Source: Pseudobacteriovorax sp.
GTDB taxonomy: Bacteria > Bdellovibrionota_B > Oligoflexia > Oligoflexales > Oligoflexaceae
Assembly: GCA_050293845.1 (NCBI GenBank)
Contig: JBNKNM010000011.1
Span: 16,440-64,992, forward strand
Direction: 5' to 3'
DNA: 48,553 nucleotides
Position numbers and translations under genes: made by a program. The notes beneath the pieces are model-generated. The model was not told where the DNA came from and did no database searches. It saw only the letters and a program-made list of their open reading frames with translations. Of this stretch, positions 1-10,301 are shown in pieces; positions within the stretch are counted from its first letter, which is position 1; every line of letters starts with the position of its first letter.

Positions 1-108
1 TGAGGTCCTTGTGGTCCGACATCACCTTTTTCACCTTGAGGTCCTTGTGGTCCGACATCACCTTTTTCACCTTGAGGTCCTTGTGGTCCGACATCACCTT
101 TTTCACCT
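1..108. repeat. Three perfect 36-bp tandem repeats encoding [12 protein letters not shown] on the minus strand
   Basis: tgaggtccttgtggtccgacatcacctttttcacct at 1-36, 37-72 and 73-108; a degenerate copy continues to about 134. Confidence 0.95.
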
Positions 109-836
109 TGAGGCCCTTGTGGCCCTGTTTCCCCTGATCCCTCTCCTGGAGTACTCACTTGGTAGCGTAAAGTTAGCTCAGCTTGATGACGGTCATTCCA
201 ATCAAAATCCTGATGAGGTACAGGGCCAAAGTTGAACCAATCTGGAAATGACCCGGAAAATTTTTTTTCTTCAAATTTGGAAGAATTATCTTTCTTGCAG
301 TTAAAAATTGTCTTTTCTAAGAATGAAATATCAAGTCCATCTTGAGCTTGGAGAATAATACCAAAATTTTGATCTTGTTTTACAGCTTGCTCTATATAGC
401 TGAGTAGTGATAATTGAATTTTTTTGGCTCGCTTATTTGTGACTTCTTGAATTAAGAAAATGTTTTCCGAAACTACACTCTCTTCAATCATACGATCTAT
501 GCCATGCATAAAATCTCGTCCATCTGGTAATGGAGATTTAACCTTATAGGCATATATACTTCCGCTACCTCTCATTTTCCAGATATTTAGATCAAGGATA
601 GCGCTGTCAAGGGTGTCTTTGCTAGTCACACCTGATAGATCGAACCACAAATATATATACTTATTCCCATAGTAGGAATCTTTTAACTCTAGGTTAAAAA
701 AAGGTACTCTGCGATTTGAATCAAGGATAGTTAATGCTTTGTCAGAAAGGATTTTTTCTGAAGGACCTGAGTATCCAAGCCCAGCTATTAGCCCAAAGGC
801 TAAGATAAAAAATATTTTTAGATAGGAAGATGTCAT
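1..836 (-). CDS. Secreted collagen-like (Gly-X-Y repeat) protein with N-terminal DNRLRE/CBM96-like domain; 3' end runs off the window
   Basis: Not in the ORF track because there is no stop inside the window. Manual translation from ATG at 836 (GGAG upstream) gives signal-like [23 protein letters not shown], then [27 protein letters not shown]...NFGIILQA, then in-frame GETGPQGPQ([12 protein letters not shown])x3. Confidence 0.85.
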   Translation of the reverse strand, partial: MTSSYLKIFFILAFGLIAGLGYSGPSEKILSDKALTILDSNRRVPFFNLELKDSYYGNKYIYLWFDLSGVTSKDTLDSAILDLNIWKMRGSGSIYAYKVKSPLPDGRDFMHGIDRMIEESVVSENIFLIQEVTNKRAKKIQLSLLSYIEQAVKQDQNFGIILQAQDGLDISFLEKTIFNCKKDNSSKFEEKKFSGSFPDWFNFGPVPHQDFDWNDRHQAELTLRYQVSTPGEGSGETGPQGPQGEKGDVGPQGPQGEKGDVGPQGPQGEKGDVGPQGP

Positions 837-914
837 GCTTGGCTCCACTTAAGTCTGACAATTATCTCTACCTGACTCAGTGGTAATCTGTAGGCTGTAT
901 TTGCTTCACTCAAA

Positions 915-941
915 ACATCGGTGTTATCAAAAAAATAGTTA
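915..941 (-). promoter_or_regulatory. Possible sigma-28 (FliA)-type promoter for the collagen-like gene
   Basis: Minus strand TAAC-N15-ACCGATGT versus consensus TAAA-N15-GCCGATAA. Confidence 0.35.
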
Positions 942-1251
942 AGAGAAATCAAAAACCATAAAATACTTAGAATAAGATTAGTAAATTTAGGAAACTATGA
1001 CTGATTATTTCAAAAAATTTTATAGGTAATTTTTATCGTAACATTTTAAAAATAGGACTATAAGTAAGATTTAGCCCAAAATCACCTAAAAATTAGCCCT
1101 CAATGCTTCTTTCTATATACCTCATAAAGGTATTATAGAGAGTCAGTATCAAGAAAAGGAGAATTATTGCAAATTCAGGATGAAACCAATGATGGCTTTT
1201 AAAATGATTTGGAATATTTATATTATACTAAAGGTAACATTCTAAACTTCC

Positions 1252-3009
1252 TCAATTTGTCTTTATTACACACCGTCCTTTGCCTAGTCGATTATTAGGT
1301 CTGATCAGAACTGTTAGAGACTTTCCATTAAGAGGGGGCGTTGCCTTGAAAGTACATTTTAGTACCCTTCTTTGTTTATCTCCTGCATTAAAAGTGATGG
1401 AATGTTTACTACCAGGAGTCAGCTCTATTCTCATGGGAGTCGTGCCGCGATAAAGTCCATTATCAACGTTAATGAACAGCTTTTTATCTGGTGATAATAC
1501 TCTGATGGGTACTAAATTGGATTGAATTAGTTTTTTTAAAGTGACTTTTGGAATCGCTTTTACCTCTCCTGGCCGTCCTTTGATGCGAATTATTTCCCTT
1601 TGGTAACCGGGTCGACTAAGTTCTAGAGAATAGGTCCCTGGTTTTAATGTTAGTTTTGCCGGAGTTTTTGTAAAACCATCATGAATTTTTTTTCCGTTAA
1701 TGGAGATCAAAACTGAGTCAGGTTCGGCCTCTAATTTCAAATGTAACTTTTGGTCAAGGATATATTTCTTAGCAAACCAATAACCACCAAATGCCAGTAA
1801 AATCATGAAAAGAAAACCTAGGAATTTGTTGTCCCGGTTTTTTTTATTGGGTTGACGGCGGTATACCGGCTGCTGAACACTGTTTTTATTTGCAGATTGA
1901 ATGGATGTCGTTGGCTTAGATTTTAATGGTTGTGATAATGCTCCGGTATTGGGAATAGGTTTGATAGTGCTGCGATGAATTCCGGTTTGGTGCTCAATTT
2001 CGCTAGAACTCATCTCAATTTGGGGGTTGGTGGCCGGCTTTACATGAATTTGTGACAAAGTCTCTTTAATATCGTCTTGGGTCTTACCGCGCTTTTTAGC
2101 AAGAATTCTTTTAAGGAAATTGCCCAGTTCACTGGCTATAAACTCTGAGTACTTTGAGTGGAGATATCGTAACAAATCTTTCTCAAAGGCGGCAGCAGAT
2201 TGATAGCGGTGTCTTCTTTCTTTAGCTAATCCCTTCATCACAATATTGTAAAGCTCTTCATCGATACTCGGGTTTAATTCTCTAAGGTTGTAGGAAATCT
2301 CACAGTTTTGAACCCTCCTGATGCTTTCGACTTCAGTTTGTCCGGCAAACAAGCGCTTCATGGCCAAACATTCCCACAGAACTATAGCCAAGCTAAAAAT
2401 ATCAGAACGTCCATCAAGTTGCTTTGCTGCCACCTGCTCGGGGCTCATGTAGGAGTATTTACCTTTCACCACTCCAGGCCTTGTTTCGGTGATCTTATTT
2501 TCAGCCGAAGCGATGCCAAAGTCGGTGATCTTAACCTCTCCTTCGTAGGAAATGAGGATATTTTGGGGAGAAATATCGCGGTGGACAATACCTAAGGGCT
2601 CTTTTGTAATTTCGTCAGACTTGGTGTGAGCATAGTGAAGGGCGCGTGCGGCATTTGCAGTGATATATAACGACATGGCAATGGTGAGCCTGGTTTTTGC
2701 CGACTCACAAGCGGACAGCAAGGTCCGCAGGTCACAGCCATCTACATGCTCCATGATGAGTGCATAGGAACCCTCGACCTCAGTAAAATCATAAACTTGA
2801 ACAATATTAGCATGTTGTAATCTCTTGCAGATGTGCGCTTCATCGCGAAACATCTCAATGAACTCTTTGTCTTGGGAATAATGAGGCAATATCCGTTTAA
2901 TGGCACAAATACGCTGGAAGGCAGCTTCTCCAATGGCCTTGCCCAAATAGATTTCTGCCATACCACCGCGTGCTATGCGTTTGCCTAAAACATAAGAGTT
3001 TTTTGCCAT
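1252..3009 (-). CDS. Hanks-type Ser/Thr protein kinase with one TM helix and C-terminal PEGA-like extracytoplasmic region
   Basis: Kinase motifs IARGGMAEIY, AIKRI, HRDISPQN, DFG, YMSPE, DIFSL; TM FLGFLFMILLAFGGYWF; PEGA-like ISINGK...TPAKLTLKPGTYSLELSRPGY. Confidence 0.93.
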   Translation of the reverse strand: MAKNSYVLGKRIARGGMAEIYLGKAIGEAAFQRICAIKRILPHYSQDKEFIEMFRDEAHICKRLQHANIVQVYDFTEVEGSYALIMEHVDGCDLRTLLSACESAKTRLTIAMSLYITANAARALHYAHTKSDEITKEPLGIVHRDISPQNILISYEGEVKITDFGIASAENKITETRPGVVKGKYSYMSPEQVAAKQLDGRSDIFSLAIVLWECLAMKRLFAGQTEVESIRRVQNCEISYNLRELNPSIDEELYNIVMKGLAKERRHRYQSAAAFEKDLLRYLHSKYSEFIASELGNFLKRILAKKRGKTQDDIKETLSQIHVKPATNPQIEMSSSEIEHQTGIHRSTIKPIPNTGALSQPLKSKPTTSIQSANKNSVQQPVYRRQPNKKNRDNKFLGFLFMILLAFGGYWFAKKYILDQKLHLKLEAEPDSVLISINGKKIHDGFTKTPAKLTLKPGTYSLELSRPGYQREIIRIKGRPGEVKAIPKVTLKKLIQSNLVPIRVLSPDKKLFINVDNGLYRGTTPMRIELTPGSKHSITFNAGDKQRRVLKCTFKATPPLNGKSLTVLIRPNNRLGKGRCVIKTN

Positions 3010-3282
3010 GCATTCCCTAATGGTGGATCACTAGATTACAAATAGAGCCATAAGGGTATTCGGCCAAAAAATCGTGAAGTGAAGTAGATCGAAGGGTTAG
3101 GCAGGTAAGACACATGTAACTACCCATAAATATAAAAGAAGAATTTTTCCGCGGCAAAGAGTGAATTATTTACTGTATGACACAGATTTACCTGGACATT
3201 TGATTGACCATTATTTACCCGATTGATAATCTCAGTATGTGATACCGGGTATTTTTTGCGTATCTAAGAAGATGGGAGCGTC

Positions 3283-3933
3283 GTGGCGGGAGCGGTTTTT
3301 ATTACGATTGAAGGGGGAGAGGGTGTCGGAAAGACTCTATTTACCGAAAAGTTAAAAGCAAGACTCGAAGATGCTGGCAAAAAAGTAAAGACCACAAGAG
3401 AACCCGGTGGTACCCCAGCAGCCCAAGCGATTCGCGAATTGTTTTTAAGTCCTCCTGAAGAGGAAGCTCTAGAGGCGTTGACTGAGCTACTTTTAGTCTC
3501 GGCAGCCCGGCATCAGCATGTGAAAAAGCTCATTGAGCCCGCCTTGGATGCGAATTATTGGGTGGTTTGTGATCGCTTTGTCGATTCCAGCCGTGTCTAC
3601 CAAGGTATCGTAGGTGGATACGATCGCACATCTCTCGAAACTGTAACGAAAATGTCCATTGGGAGCTGCGAACCGGATATTACATTTCTTCTAGATTGCA
3701 GCCCAGAAGTCTCCTTAAATAGGTTAGCCCTGAGGGGAGTCACTGGACAGCAGAGTAATCGCTTTGATGCTGCAAATTTGGCATTTCACAGGCAGCTACG
3801 GGACGGATTTTTGCGCTTAGCAAAAGAATTTCCGAATCGTATTGTAGTTTTAGATGCGTCGCAAGATCCAGCGGCGGTATTAGCACAAGCCTTGAATACT
3901 CTTAAAGAAAAGTTTGGAATAAGTTTTGACTAA
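3283..3933 (+). CDS. tmk: Thymidylate kinase
   Basis: FITIEGGEGVGKT P-loop, TREPGGT, CDRF. Confidence 0.96.
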   Translation: MAGAVFITIEGGEGVGKTLFTEKLKARLEDAGKKVKTTREPGGTPAAQAIRELFLSPPEEEALEALTELLLVSAARHQHVKKLIEPALDANYWVVCDRFVDSSRVYQGIVGGYDRTSLETVTKMSIGSCEPDITFLLDCSPEVSLNRLALRGVTGQQSNRFDAANLAFHRQLRDGFLRLAKEFPNRIVVLDASQDPAAVLAQALNTLKEKFGISFD

Positions 3934-4942
3934 AGCGCATGAGGATCGGTCTATAGATTGGTCGCATTTAATTGGATTCGAAGAGGACTTGGAGAGAGTT
4001 CAGAATCTTTATAAGGCCGAGAAGTTGCCACAGGTCATTTTATTCCTGGGCCGTGAAGGCATAGGTAAAACCCTATTTATGGCAAAGTTGACCGCATTGA
4101 TCTATTGTGAGCAGCAGAGAGGATGCGGTCATTGCAGCTCATGTTTGGAAGTGCTTCATAGTACCCATCGGGAGCTGCTATGGCTTGATCCTGAAACTAA
4201 GTTTAAAGTGGAGCACGGTCGCCAGCTTCAAGAACATTTTAGTATTAGTGCTAGCCAGGAGTTGGTGCAAGGGGAGTTGCGTTCCATCCCCCGCATTGCC
4301 ACTTTGATCGATATTGAGCGTTGTACGGATCAAGCGGCGAATCAGTTGTTAAAAACCCTAGAGGAACCCCAATCTGGTACTTTTATATTGATGACATCTA
4401 GTAAGCCTAGGCAGATCTTAGATACCATTTTATCCCGTGCCATTCGCTGGCAGCTGCGCCCTCCTAACCCTGAGCTTGGCTTGCAGTGGCTCTGTGGCAA
4501 GTGGTCATCCGACTATTCTCAGCAAGAGATTGCAAAATGTTATGGGGAGTCAGGATATTCTATCGGTAAAGCGCATCGATATCTCACTCACCATAGTTCA
4601 GATGAACAGCAGCAGGTTGACGATGTATTGAGATCCCTGCTTTTTGGTAAAGATCCGGGGCAAGCCCTGGAGGCGGCTACTATACTTACAAAGCAGATTC
4701 AGCTGAGTGTGAATGACATTACATTAAGAATCGAGCTATTATTGAATCAGTACTATAGGTGGCGATTGGGTGCACTTTCAGGCCCTGATGCAGATTTTTT
4801 TACTAGGATTCATCCCCAGATAGATGCCGAGACGCGGCAGCGTTGGCGGCAAAACTTAGCAAGGTTTAGAAGTCTTGCGGGGCGGTCACAAATTCCGCTC
4901 AATGCGCAGATGGTTACTGAATCATTTGCATTGACTAGATAA
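3926..4942 (+). CDS. holB: DNA polymerase III delta' subunit
   Basis: GREGIGK, Zn cluster CxxxxGCGHCSSC, AANQLLKTLEEP, TILSR; overlaps tmk. Confidence 0.88.
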   Translation: MTKAHEDRSIDWSHLIGFEEDLERVQNLYKAEKLPQVILFLGREGIGKTLFMAKLTALIYCEQQRGCGHCSSCLEVLHSTHRELLWLDPETKFKVEHGRQLQEHFSISASQELVQGELRSIPRIATLIDIERCTDQAANQLLKTLEEPQSGTFILMTSSKPRQILDTILSRAIRWQLRPPNPELGLQWLCGKWSSDYSQQEIAKCYGESGYSIGKAHRYLTHHSSDEQQQVDDVLRSLLFGKDPGQALEAATILTKQIQLSVNDITLRIELLLNQYYRWRLGALSGPDADFFTRIHPQIDAETRQRWRQNLARFRSLAGRSQIPLNAQMVTESFALTR

Positions 4943-4956
4943 TAGAGAGGCATGGG

Positions 4957-6111
4957 ATGTCAGGAATCAATATTGTTGGAGTCCAGTTTAGGCGTGCTGG
5001 GAAGATCTATGACTTCGATGGTAAAGAATTACTATTGAAGTTGGGAGATAGAGTCGTTGTTGAGACAGAAAGAGGTCTCAGCCTTGCCGAAGTGAAAAGG
5101 GTTGCGTTTGCCTATCCCGATGAAAGGGATATTTCATTATTAAAGCCTGTTATAAGATTGGCTAGTCGCAAGGACTTGGAAAGTGAAGGAAGATTAACGC
5201 CCGAGTATGCCAAAGATTTTGCTAAAGGGAAGATAGTTGAATTAAAGCTAGAGATGCATGTCATTAATGTGGAAGTTCAATTTGGTGGCAATAAAGTTAT
5301 TATCTTCTTCTCAGCACCAGGCCGGGTGGATTTTAGGGAGCTTGTCAAAGAACTTGCCGGTGGTCTTAAAACTAGGGTTGAACTTAAGCAGGTTGGGGCT
5401 CGCGATGAAGCTAAGCTTTCAGGGGGGCTGGGCATCTGTGGGCGTGAGTTTTGCTGTTCCAGCTTCCTTAGGGAGTTTGTGCCGGTCTCCATTAAAATGG
5501 CAAAGAACCAAAATCTTGCTCTCAATCCCAGCAAGGTTTCAGGGGGGTGTGGACGGCTACTTTGCTGCCTGACATATGAGGACGAAACCTATAGCATACT
5601 ACGTCAATCCCTTCTCCCTAAGGGTGCCAGAGTTAAAACCCACGAAGGTGATTTCGGCGATGTCATCAAGGGTGATATACTCAATCAAACTATGCTGATT
5701 GAGCTAGATTCAGGGGATCTGAAGTCAGTACCCATTAGCACTCTGGGGCTTGTAGAGTCAGGAAAAGGAGTGGAGAATGAGTGGGGTGACGATATCGATT
5801 TAGGAGATCTTTTAGGTGAAGATGACGAAAAATCATCGTTACTTGAAAATGATCTTGACGCTGGGCTCTTAAGCAAGGGCTTAGATCAGCGTCGTAGTAA
5901 GGATGCCGCTGAGACGGCAAAAAAACGGCGTCATAACCCCCGTCATCACAAAAGCCAAAAAGAGGGTTCGCGGCAGCAAAAGCCAAGGGAGGCTTCACCT
6001 AGTAACACCACCCGAAAAACAGAAACTCAAAAATCGGAGAAGAATCAGAAACCCCGGCAACAAAAGCAGCGTCATCGCAATCGTAAACCCAAGGAAAAGC
6101 CAAGGAGCTAA
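4957..6111 (+). CDS. PSP1/YaaT (RicT)-family Fe-S protein with acidic then basic low-complexity tail
   Basis: GVQFRRAGKIY, RVDFRELVKELA, GGLGICGREFCC, SGGCGRLLCCLTYE; follows holB as yaaT does in other bacteria. Confidence 0.9.
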   Translation: MSGINIVGVQFRRAGKIYDFDGKELLLKLGDRVVVETERGLSLAEVKRVAFAYPDERDISLLKPVIRLASRKDLESEGRLTPEYAKDFAKGKIVELKLEMHVINVEVQFGGNKVIIFFSAPGRVDFRELVKELAGGLKTRVELKQVGARDEAKLSGGLGICGREFCCSSFLREFVPVSIKMAKNQNLALNPSKVSGGCGRLLCCLTYEDETYSILRQSLLPKGARVKTHEGDFGDVIKGDILNQTMLIELDSGDLKSVPISTLGLVESGKGVENEWGDDIDLGDLLGEDDEKSSLLENDLDAGLLSKGLDQRRSKDAAETAKKRRHNPRHHKSQKEGSRQQKPREASPSNTTRKTETQKSEKNQKPRQQKQRHRNRKPKEKPRS

Positions 6112-6112
6112 T

Positions 6113-6733
6113 GTGGCAAAGTTGTATTTTCGCTATGGAACTGTAGGTAGTGCCAAGACCATGAATCTCTTGGCAGTGGCTCACAATTATCGCCATCAAA
6201 ACAAGAACGTGCTGCTACTAAAACCACGGTTGGATACTAGGTTTGGGATGGATGTCATAAAATCACGCTCGGGCTTAACTATGGACGCTGATATCCTGAT
6301 TGAAGACAACACTCACATCAGTGAAGAAATACTGTGCGATGTGCATTGTATACTCGTCGATGAAGCACAGTTTCTTGCTCCCACTTTCATTGACCAGTTG
6401 CGAGATATCTCTAGAGTTAAGAATATTCCGGTGATTTGCTATGGCTTGCGTACAGACTTCAAAACTAAATTATTTCCTGGTAGTGCGCGCCTCATAGAAT
6501 TGGCCGACAGTATCGAAGAGGTTAAGACCACCTGTGCCTTTTGTAACAAGAAAGCTATTTTCAATATCAAGTTTGTCCAAGGAAGGGCCGTCACCCAAGG
6601 GCCACAACTAGAATTGGGCTCTGAGGAAAAATACCTCCCTGCTTGCTCCAGCTGTTATTTTGAGCAACTGGAAGTGTCACTCAATCAGCTGATAATCCCT
6701 CACGAACAGGAATCAAATCCTGAGGTGCCTTAA
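6113..6733 (+). CDS. tdk: Thymidine kinase
   Basis: GTG at 6113 just after the PSP1 stop: AKLYFRYGTVGSAKT, ILVDEAQF, CYGLRTDF, Zn Cys pairs. The ORF-track start at 5903 is over-extended. Confidence 0.93.
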   Translation: MAKLYFRYGTVGSAKTMNLLAVAHNYRHQNKNVLLLKPRLDTRFGMDVIKSRSGLTMDADILIEDNTHISEEILCDVHCILVDEAQFLAPTFIDQLRDISRVKNIPVICYGLRTDFKTKLFPGSARLIELADSIEEVKTTCAFCNKKAIFNIKFVQGRAVTQGPQLELGSEEKYLPACSSCYFEQLEVSLNQLIIPHEQESNPEVP

Positions 6734-8027
6734 CCCTTTTCATTTTATCAAAGGTCATTTGGAGATACGCATTAGCAGCCAGACGACCGATCACCAGGGC
6801 TATCATGGCTAGGCTTACAGCAGCCATGGGCCAACCATAGCCTATGCTAATAACTAGTAGTCCAATCACTGTAGCTAATTCAATTAATGAGGCATAGGTG
6901 ACAGGTGCTGTTGTTTTAATACAAATGAGCATAGATCTTTGCCAGCATAGCCATAGGCTGGAAGCAGGGATGGCGATACAAATGATCAAAGGCAAGCCTG
7001 CAAATGCTGCCATGGAGGGGTTCAGGCCAGCAATGTGCTGAAACCATAGGCTTGCTAGAGGCGTTAGGGCAATAAATGCCAGGGCTAGAGTAAGAAATAA
7101 ACCTAGGTATAGGGCAAATAATCGTAGTATCCGCAGATTTTGTTGCTTCTCTCCCATGAGAGCAATAATAACCTCTTGAAATGATAATGGTATGGCGCGA
7201 AAGAAGAATACAATACCATTTACGACCGGAATGACAGCTAGAGACTCTACAGGCTGATACCCGCGATTAATAGCAAATGTGACTAACGGTTGGACCGTCA
7301 AACCTATAAGGGTTGTGAGTGCCAGTGGATAGTAAAAATGAGCAATTTTGCTGTAGGAAAGGCTACTACCAGGGATTTGTTTGACTTGTTTTTGAGCGGT
7401 CAAGGATACAATAGTAACATAGATGGCTTCGCAAGTGACTCCTGCGCTGAGGCTCAGAGTTGCGCTTGCTGCCCCATGCAGAAGTTTATACTCATAAGCA
7501 ATGTAAGCAGCACCACTCATTGCTAGAAGACGTAATATGGTGCCTAGGGCGAGCCTTTTTGTATGTCCCTGGGATATAAGGACTCCCTGGTAAAAGCGTC
7601 TAATACCGATCATACCAGGCCACGGCAACATGCAGGCAACGGCAAGCCAAACATACTGGCGAATTTCTTCTTTAAGTTGAAGAAGGTCTCGAGACCATAA
7701 ATCAAAAAGGGCTGGTATAAGAGATAGCAGCATAACTCCTGTGCAGATAGCGCTCAGGAAAAAAGAAAAGTTGCGCATTTTGTTAAAAGAACCGCGATCT
7801 TTCACCAGCCGGGTTGCCGCGGCCATTAGCATGATCACCGGAGCTTCTATCAGCAGGCCGAAGGCAAAAGTTACTCCAAAGGCTGCAAGGTTATAAACAG
7901 GAAAGTCCATCCTTGCGACAATTGCAGAAAGATACGGTCCTTCTATGGCCATCATGATCCAGGTGGATGCCAGGGGAAGCCAGTATTTTAGGATACCAGT
8001 ATAATTCAGATCTTGTTCTTTATTCAT
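6681..8027 (-). CDS. MATE/MOP-superfamily (ANKH-like) multi-pass membrane transporter
   Basis: About 12 hydrophobic segments in two repeated halves (WLPLASTWIMMAIEGP / YYPLALTTLIGLTVQP); start overlaps the rlmN stop. Confidence 0.65.
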   Translation of the reverse strand: MNKEQDLNYTGILKYWLPLASTWIMMAIEGPYLSAIVARMDFPVYNLAAFGVTFAFGLLIEAPVIMLMAAATRLVKDRGSFNKMRNFSFFLSAICTGVMLLSLIPALFDLWSRDLLQLKEEIRQYVWLAVACMLPWPGMIGIRRFYQGVLISQGHTKRLALGTILRLLAMSGAAYIAYEYKLLHGAASATLSLSAGVTCEAIYVTIVSLTAQKQVKQIPGSSLSYSKIAHFYYPLALTTLIGLTVQPLVTFAINRGYQPVESLAVIPVVNGIVFFFRAIPLSFQEVIIALMGEKQQNLRILRLFALYLGLFLTLALAFIALTPLASLWFQHIAGLNPSMAAFAGLPLIICIAIPASSLWLCWQRSMLICIKTTAPVTYASLIELATVIGLLVISIGYGWPMAAVSLAMIALVIGRLAANAYLQMTFDKMKRVKAPQDLIPVREGLSAD

Positions 8028-9127
8028 AAGCTCACTTGTGGTGGAGTCGATTGTTTAGTGACCAATCGTTGTCGTTCCGGTGTCAGGTGCAAGTCTTGGC
8101 GGTGCTTAGCGGCCAACTGGCCACAGGCTGCGGATACTTCCAATCCCTTAGAATATCTAACCGGTGCGGGAATGGAGCGATCGCTAAGATGTTTTTGGAA
8201 GCTTCGAATTTCCTTATCGCTGGGCCTTTGATAAGGCATACCTGGATGGGCATTAAAAGGGATGAGATTGACCTTGGCTTTCAGCCCTTGGAGGAATCTA
8301 ACAAGGTCTTTAGCCTCCCTTAACGATCCATTGACATTGCTGATCAGAATATACTCGATGGTAATTCTGCGTTTGGTTACAGACTGGTAATGTCGCAAAG
8401 CTGATTTCAAAGTTTCTAAGTTGTATTTTCGATTGATAGGCATTAGTTGGCTGCGCAGATCGTCCCTTGCAGCATGCAGCGAAAGCGCTAAAGCGGCTTT
8501 TGAATCCGTGGCTAAATCGCGAATGCGAGGGGCTAAACCCGATGTCGATAGGGTAACATGTTTAGCTGCTAAATTAAAATGATCTTCGGCAATCATGGTA
8601 TTGGCGGCTGCGATAGCATTAGCATAATTATCGAAAGGTTCACCCATGCCCATGAAAACCACGTGGCTGACCTTTTTGCCTTCTGTTTTCAGCTTAAGAT
8701 TTGCTAGAAAAAGTTGAGCAAGGATTTCGGCTTTTGTAAGGTGACTGACAAAACCTAATTTCCCTGTTTGGCAGAAATCGCAAGCCAGCTTACAACCAAC
8801 CTGGCTGGATACACAGAGGCTGGTGCGGTTTTCATAGCGCAATATCACTGTTTCGATAGAGTATCGTTTTGCATTGGCCAATAGCAACTTTGTAGAGCCA
8901 TCCTGAGAGGATTCTTCACTCACAACTTCTGGGAGAGACCAATCGATACCAAGAAACAGTTCTTGACGTAGGTTTTTTGATATGTTGCTCATCTCATCAG
9001 GGGAACGGACCTGCTTGGCATATATCCATTCAGCTATTTGGGTACCACGGAACTTAGGGTGCCCCCATTCCTTGAGCAGGTTCTCATAATCTGAGCGGCT
9101 GAGAGATAGAAAGTGTGGTTTTGTCAT
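8024..9127 (-). CDS. rlmN: Radical SAM 23S rRNA m2A2503 / tRNA methyltransferase
   Basis: CVSSQVGCKLACDFC, MGMGEP, SLHA, VNLIPFN, AACGQL. Confidence 0.95.
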   Translation of the reverse strand: MTKPHFLSLSRSDYENLLKEWGHPKFRGTQIAEWIYAKQVRSPDEMSNISKNLRQELFLGIDWSLPEVVSEESSQDGSTKLLLANAKRYSIETVILRYENRTSLCVSSQVGCKLACDFCQTGKLGFVSHLTKAEILAQLFLANLKLKTEGKKVSHVVFMGMGEPFDNYANAIAAANTMIAEDHFNLAAKHVTLSTSGLAPRIRDLATDSKAALALSLHAARDDLRSQLMPINRKYNLETLKSALRHYQSVTKRRITIEYILISNVNGSLREAKDLVRFLQGLKAKVNLIPFNAHPGMPYQRPSDKEIRSFQKHLSDRSIPAPVRYSKGLEVSAACGQLAAKHRQDLHLTPERQRLVTKQSTPPQVSL

Positions 9128-9317
9128 GAATATGCCTAAATTGACATGGTCGATAGAGCCCTATTTATAGCTATATTCATACAAAAGTCAAAGGCTTATT
9201 CTGAAACACCTTTTCCTGGCCTTTCCTCCACCGCGATGCATTAGCCGGAATGCGGCATAACACAATGATAATATAGAAAATTTATACATTTTTGGGGGTG
9301 TGATGGGGCTATCGTCT

Positions 9318-10301
9318 TTATGTAATTTTTCCCAAATCAGGGACCTCGACATTGATAGCGGCTAAAATCTTATCCACATTCTGTGCTCGCAAGTCTGCTA
9401 TGACTTGTTCTACCACTGTACGGGGAACTAGCTCATTGATGGATTCGTCATAATGGCGATAACAACGGGCTTCTTCTCCTTGGTAATTCAAAACCAAAGC
9501 GCGTACCTTTGTCCCATCTATAGTGGGGTTGATGTGAATGCCACAGGGCATAGTGCAATCCCCTCCGAGAGCGGCTAGAATTTGTCGCTCTATGGTTGCT
9601 GCTAGATAGGTTTCGCGATGAGACAGGCTTGCTATATCTAAGGATGCTGGATGATCTTTATGACATTCAATGGCTAAAGCTCCTTGAGCCGCGCAAGGAA
9701 CGAACCACTCAAGATCAATGATGCTGTGATCCACGTCTAATTCTAAGCGCTCCAAGGAGGCTGCAGCTAGAATCAGGGCGTTCCAATTACCTTCCATGAG
9801 TTTTCTGAGGCGGGTATCCACATTGCCTCTGACAGCGGCTAAACTGATATGCTGCCCTAAACCTTTGAAGAGAGATTGTCTCCGGAGGCTGGATGTGGCT
9901 ATCGTTAACGGTTGCGAACTTTGAAAATGATCTTTACTTACTAGCTTGTCGGAAAAACCTAACACATCCCTTTGTCCTGGCTTAAAGATGATGGCATCTT
10001 CAGCACGATGCCTCTTTAGAATGGCACAGAGGGTGAAATCTTCAGAAATCTTCGCTGGTAAGTCTTTAAGGCTATGAACAGCGATGTCTGCCTCCCCGCG
10101 GAGCATCGCCTCTTCCAATTCACGGATAAAGACCCCTTTACCACCGATCTCGTGGAGAAATCTATCTTGAACACGATCGCCTTGGGTCTTGATGATTTTG
10201 AGTTCACCCTCATATCCGAGGGGTTTGAGTAGAGATGCCACGTACTTGGATTGCCAAAGGGCCAACTTACTGCCACGGGTCGCAATAGTAATATTTTTCA
10301 T
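9318..10301 (-). CDS. hemC: Hydroxymethylbilane synthase
   Basis: IATRGSKLALWQ, AVHSLKDLP, TSSLRR, RGNVDTRL, GGDCTMP. Confidence 0.95.
   Translation of the reverse strand: MKNITIATRGSKLALWQSKYVASLLKPLGYEGELKIIKTQGDRVQDRFLHEIGGKGVFIRELEEAMLRGEADIAVHSLKDLPAKISEDFTLCAILKRHRAEDAIIFKPGQRDVLGFSDKLVSKDHFQSSQPLTIATSSLRRQSLFKGLGQHISLAAVRGNVDTRLRKLMEGNWNALILAAASLERLELDVDHSIIDLEWFVPCAAQGALAIECHKDHPASLDIASLSHRETYLAATIERQILAALGGDCTMPCGIHINPTIDGTKVRALVLNYQGEEARCYRHYDESINELVPRTVVEQVIADLRAQNVDKILAAINVEVPDLGKIT

Noticed and set aside
1..108. 36-bp direct repeats as a CRISPR array
   Set aside because: The copies are contiguous with no spacers, are in-frame collagen codons on the minus strand, and no cas genes are present
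11..235. + strand 74-aa repetitive ORF ([12 protein letters not shown])n
   Set aside because: It is the antisense shadow of the collagen repeat gene
5903..6112. 70-aa N-terminal extension of thymidine kinase
   Set aside because: It overlaps the PSP1 tail in another frame; Tdk similarity starts at GTG 6113, which has its own AAGGAG RBS
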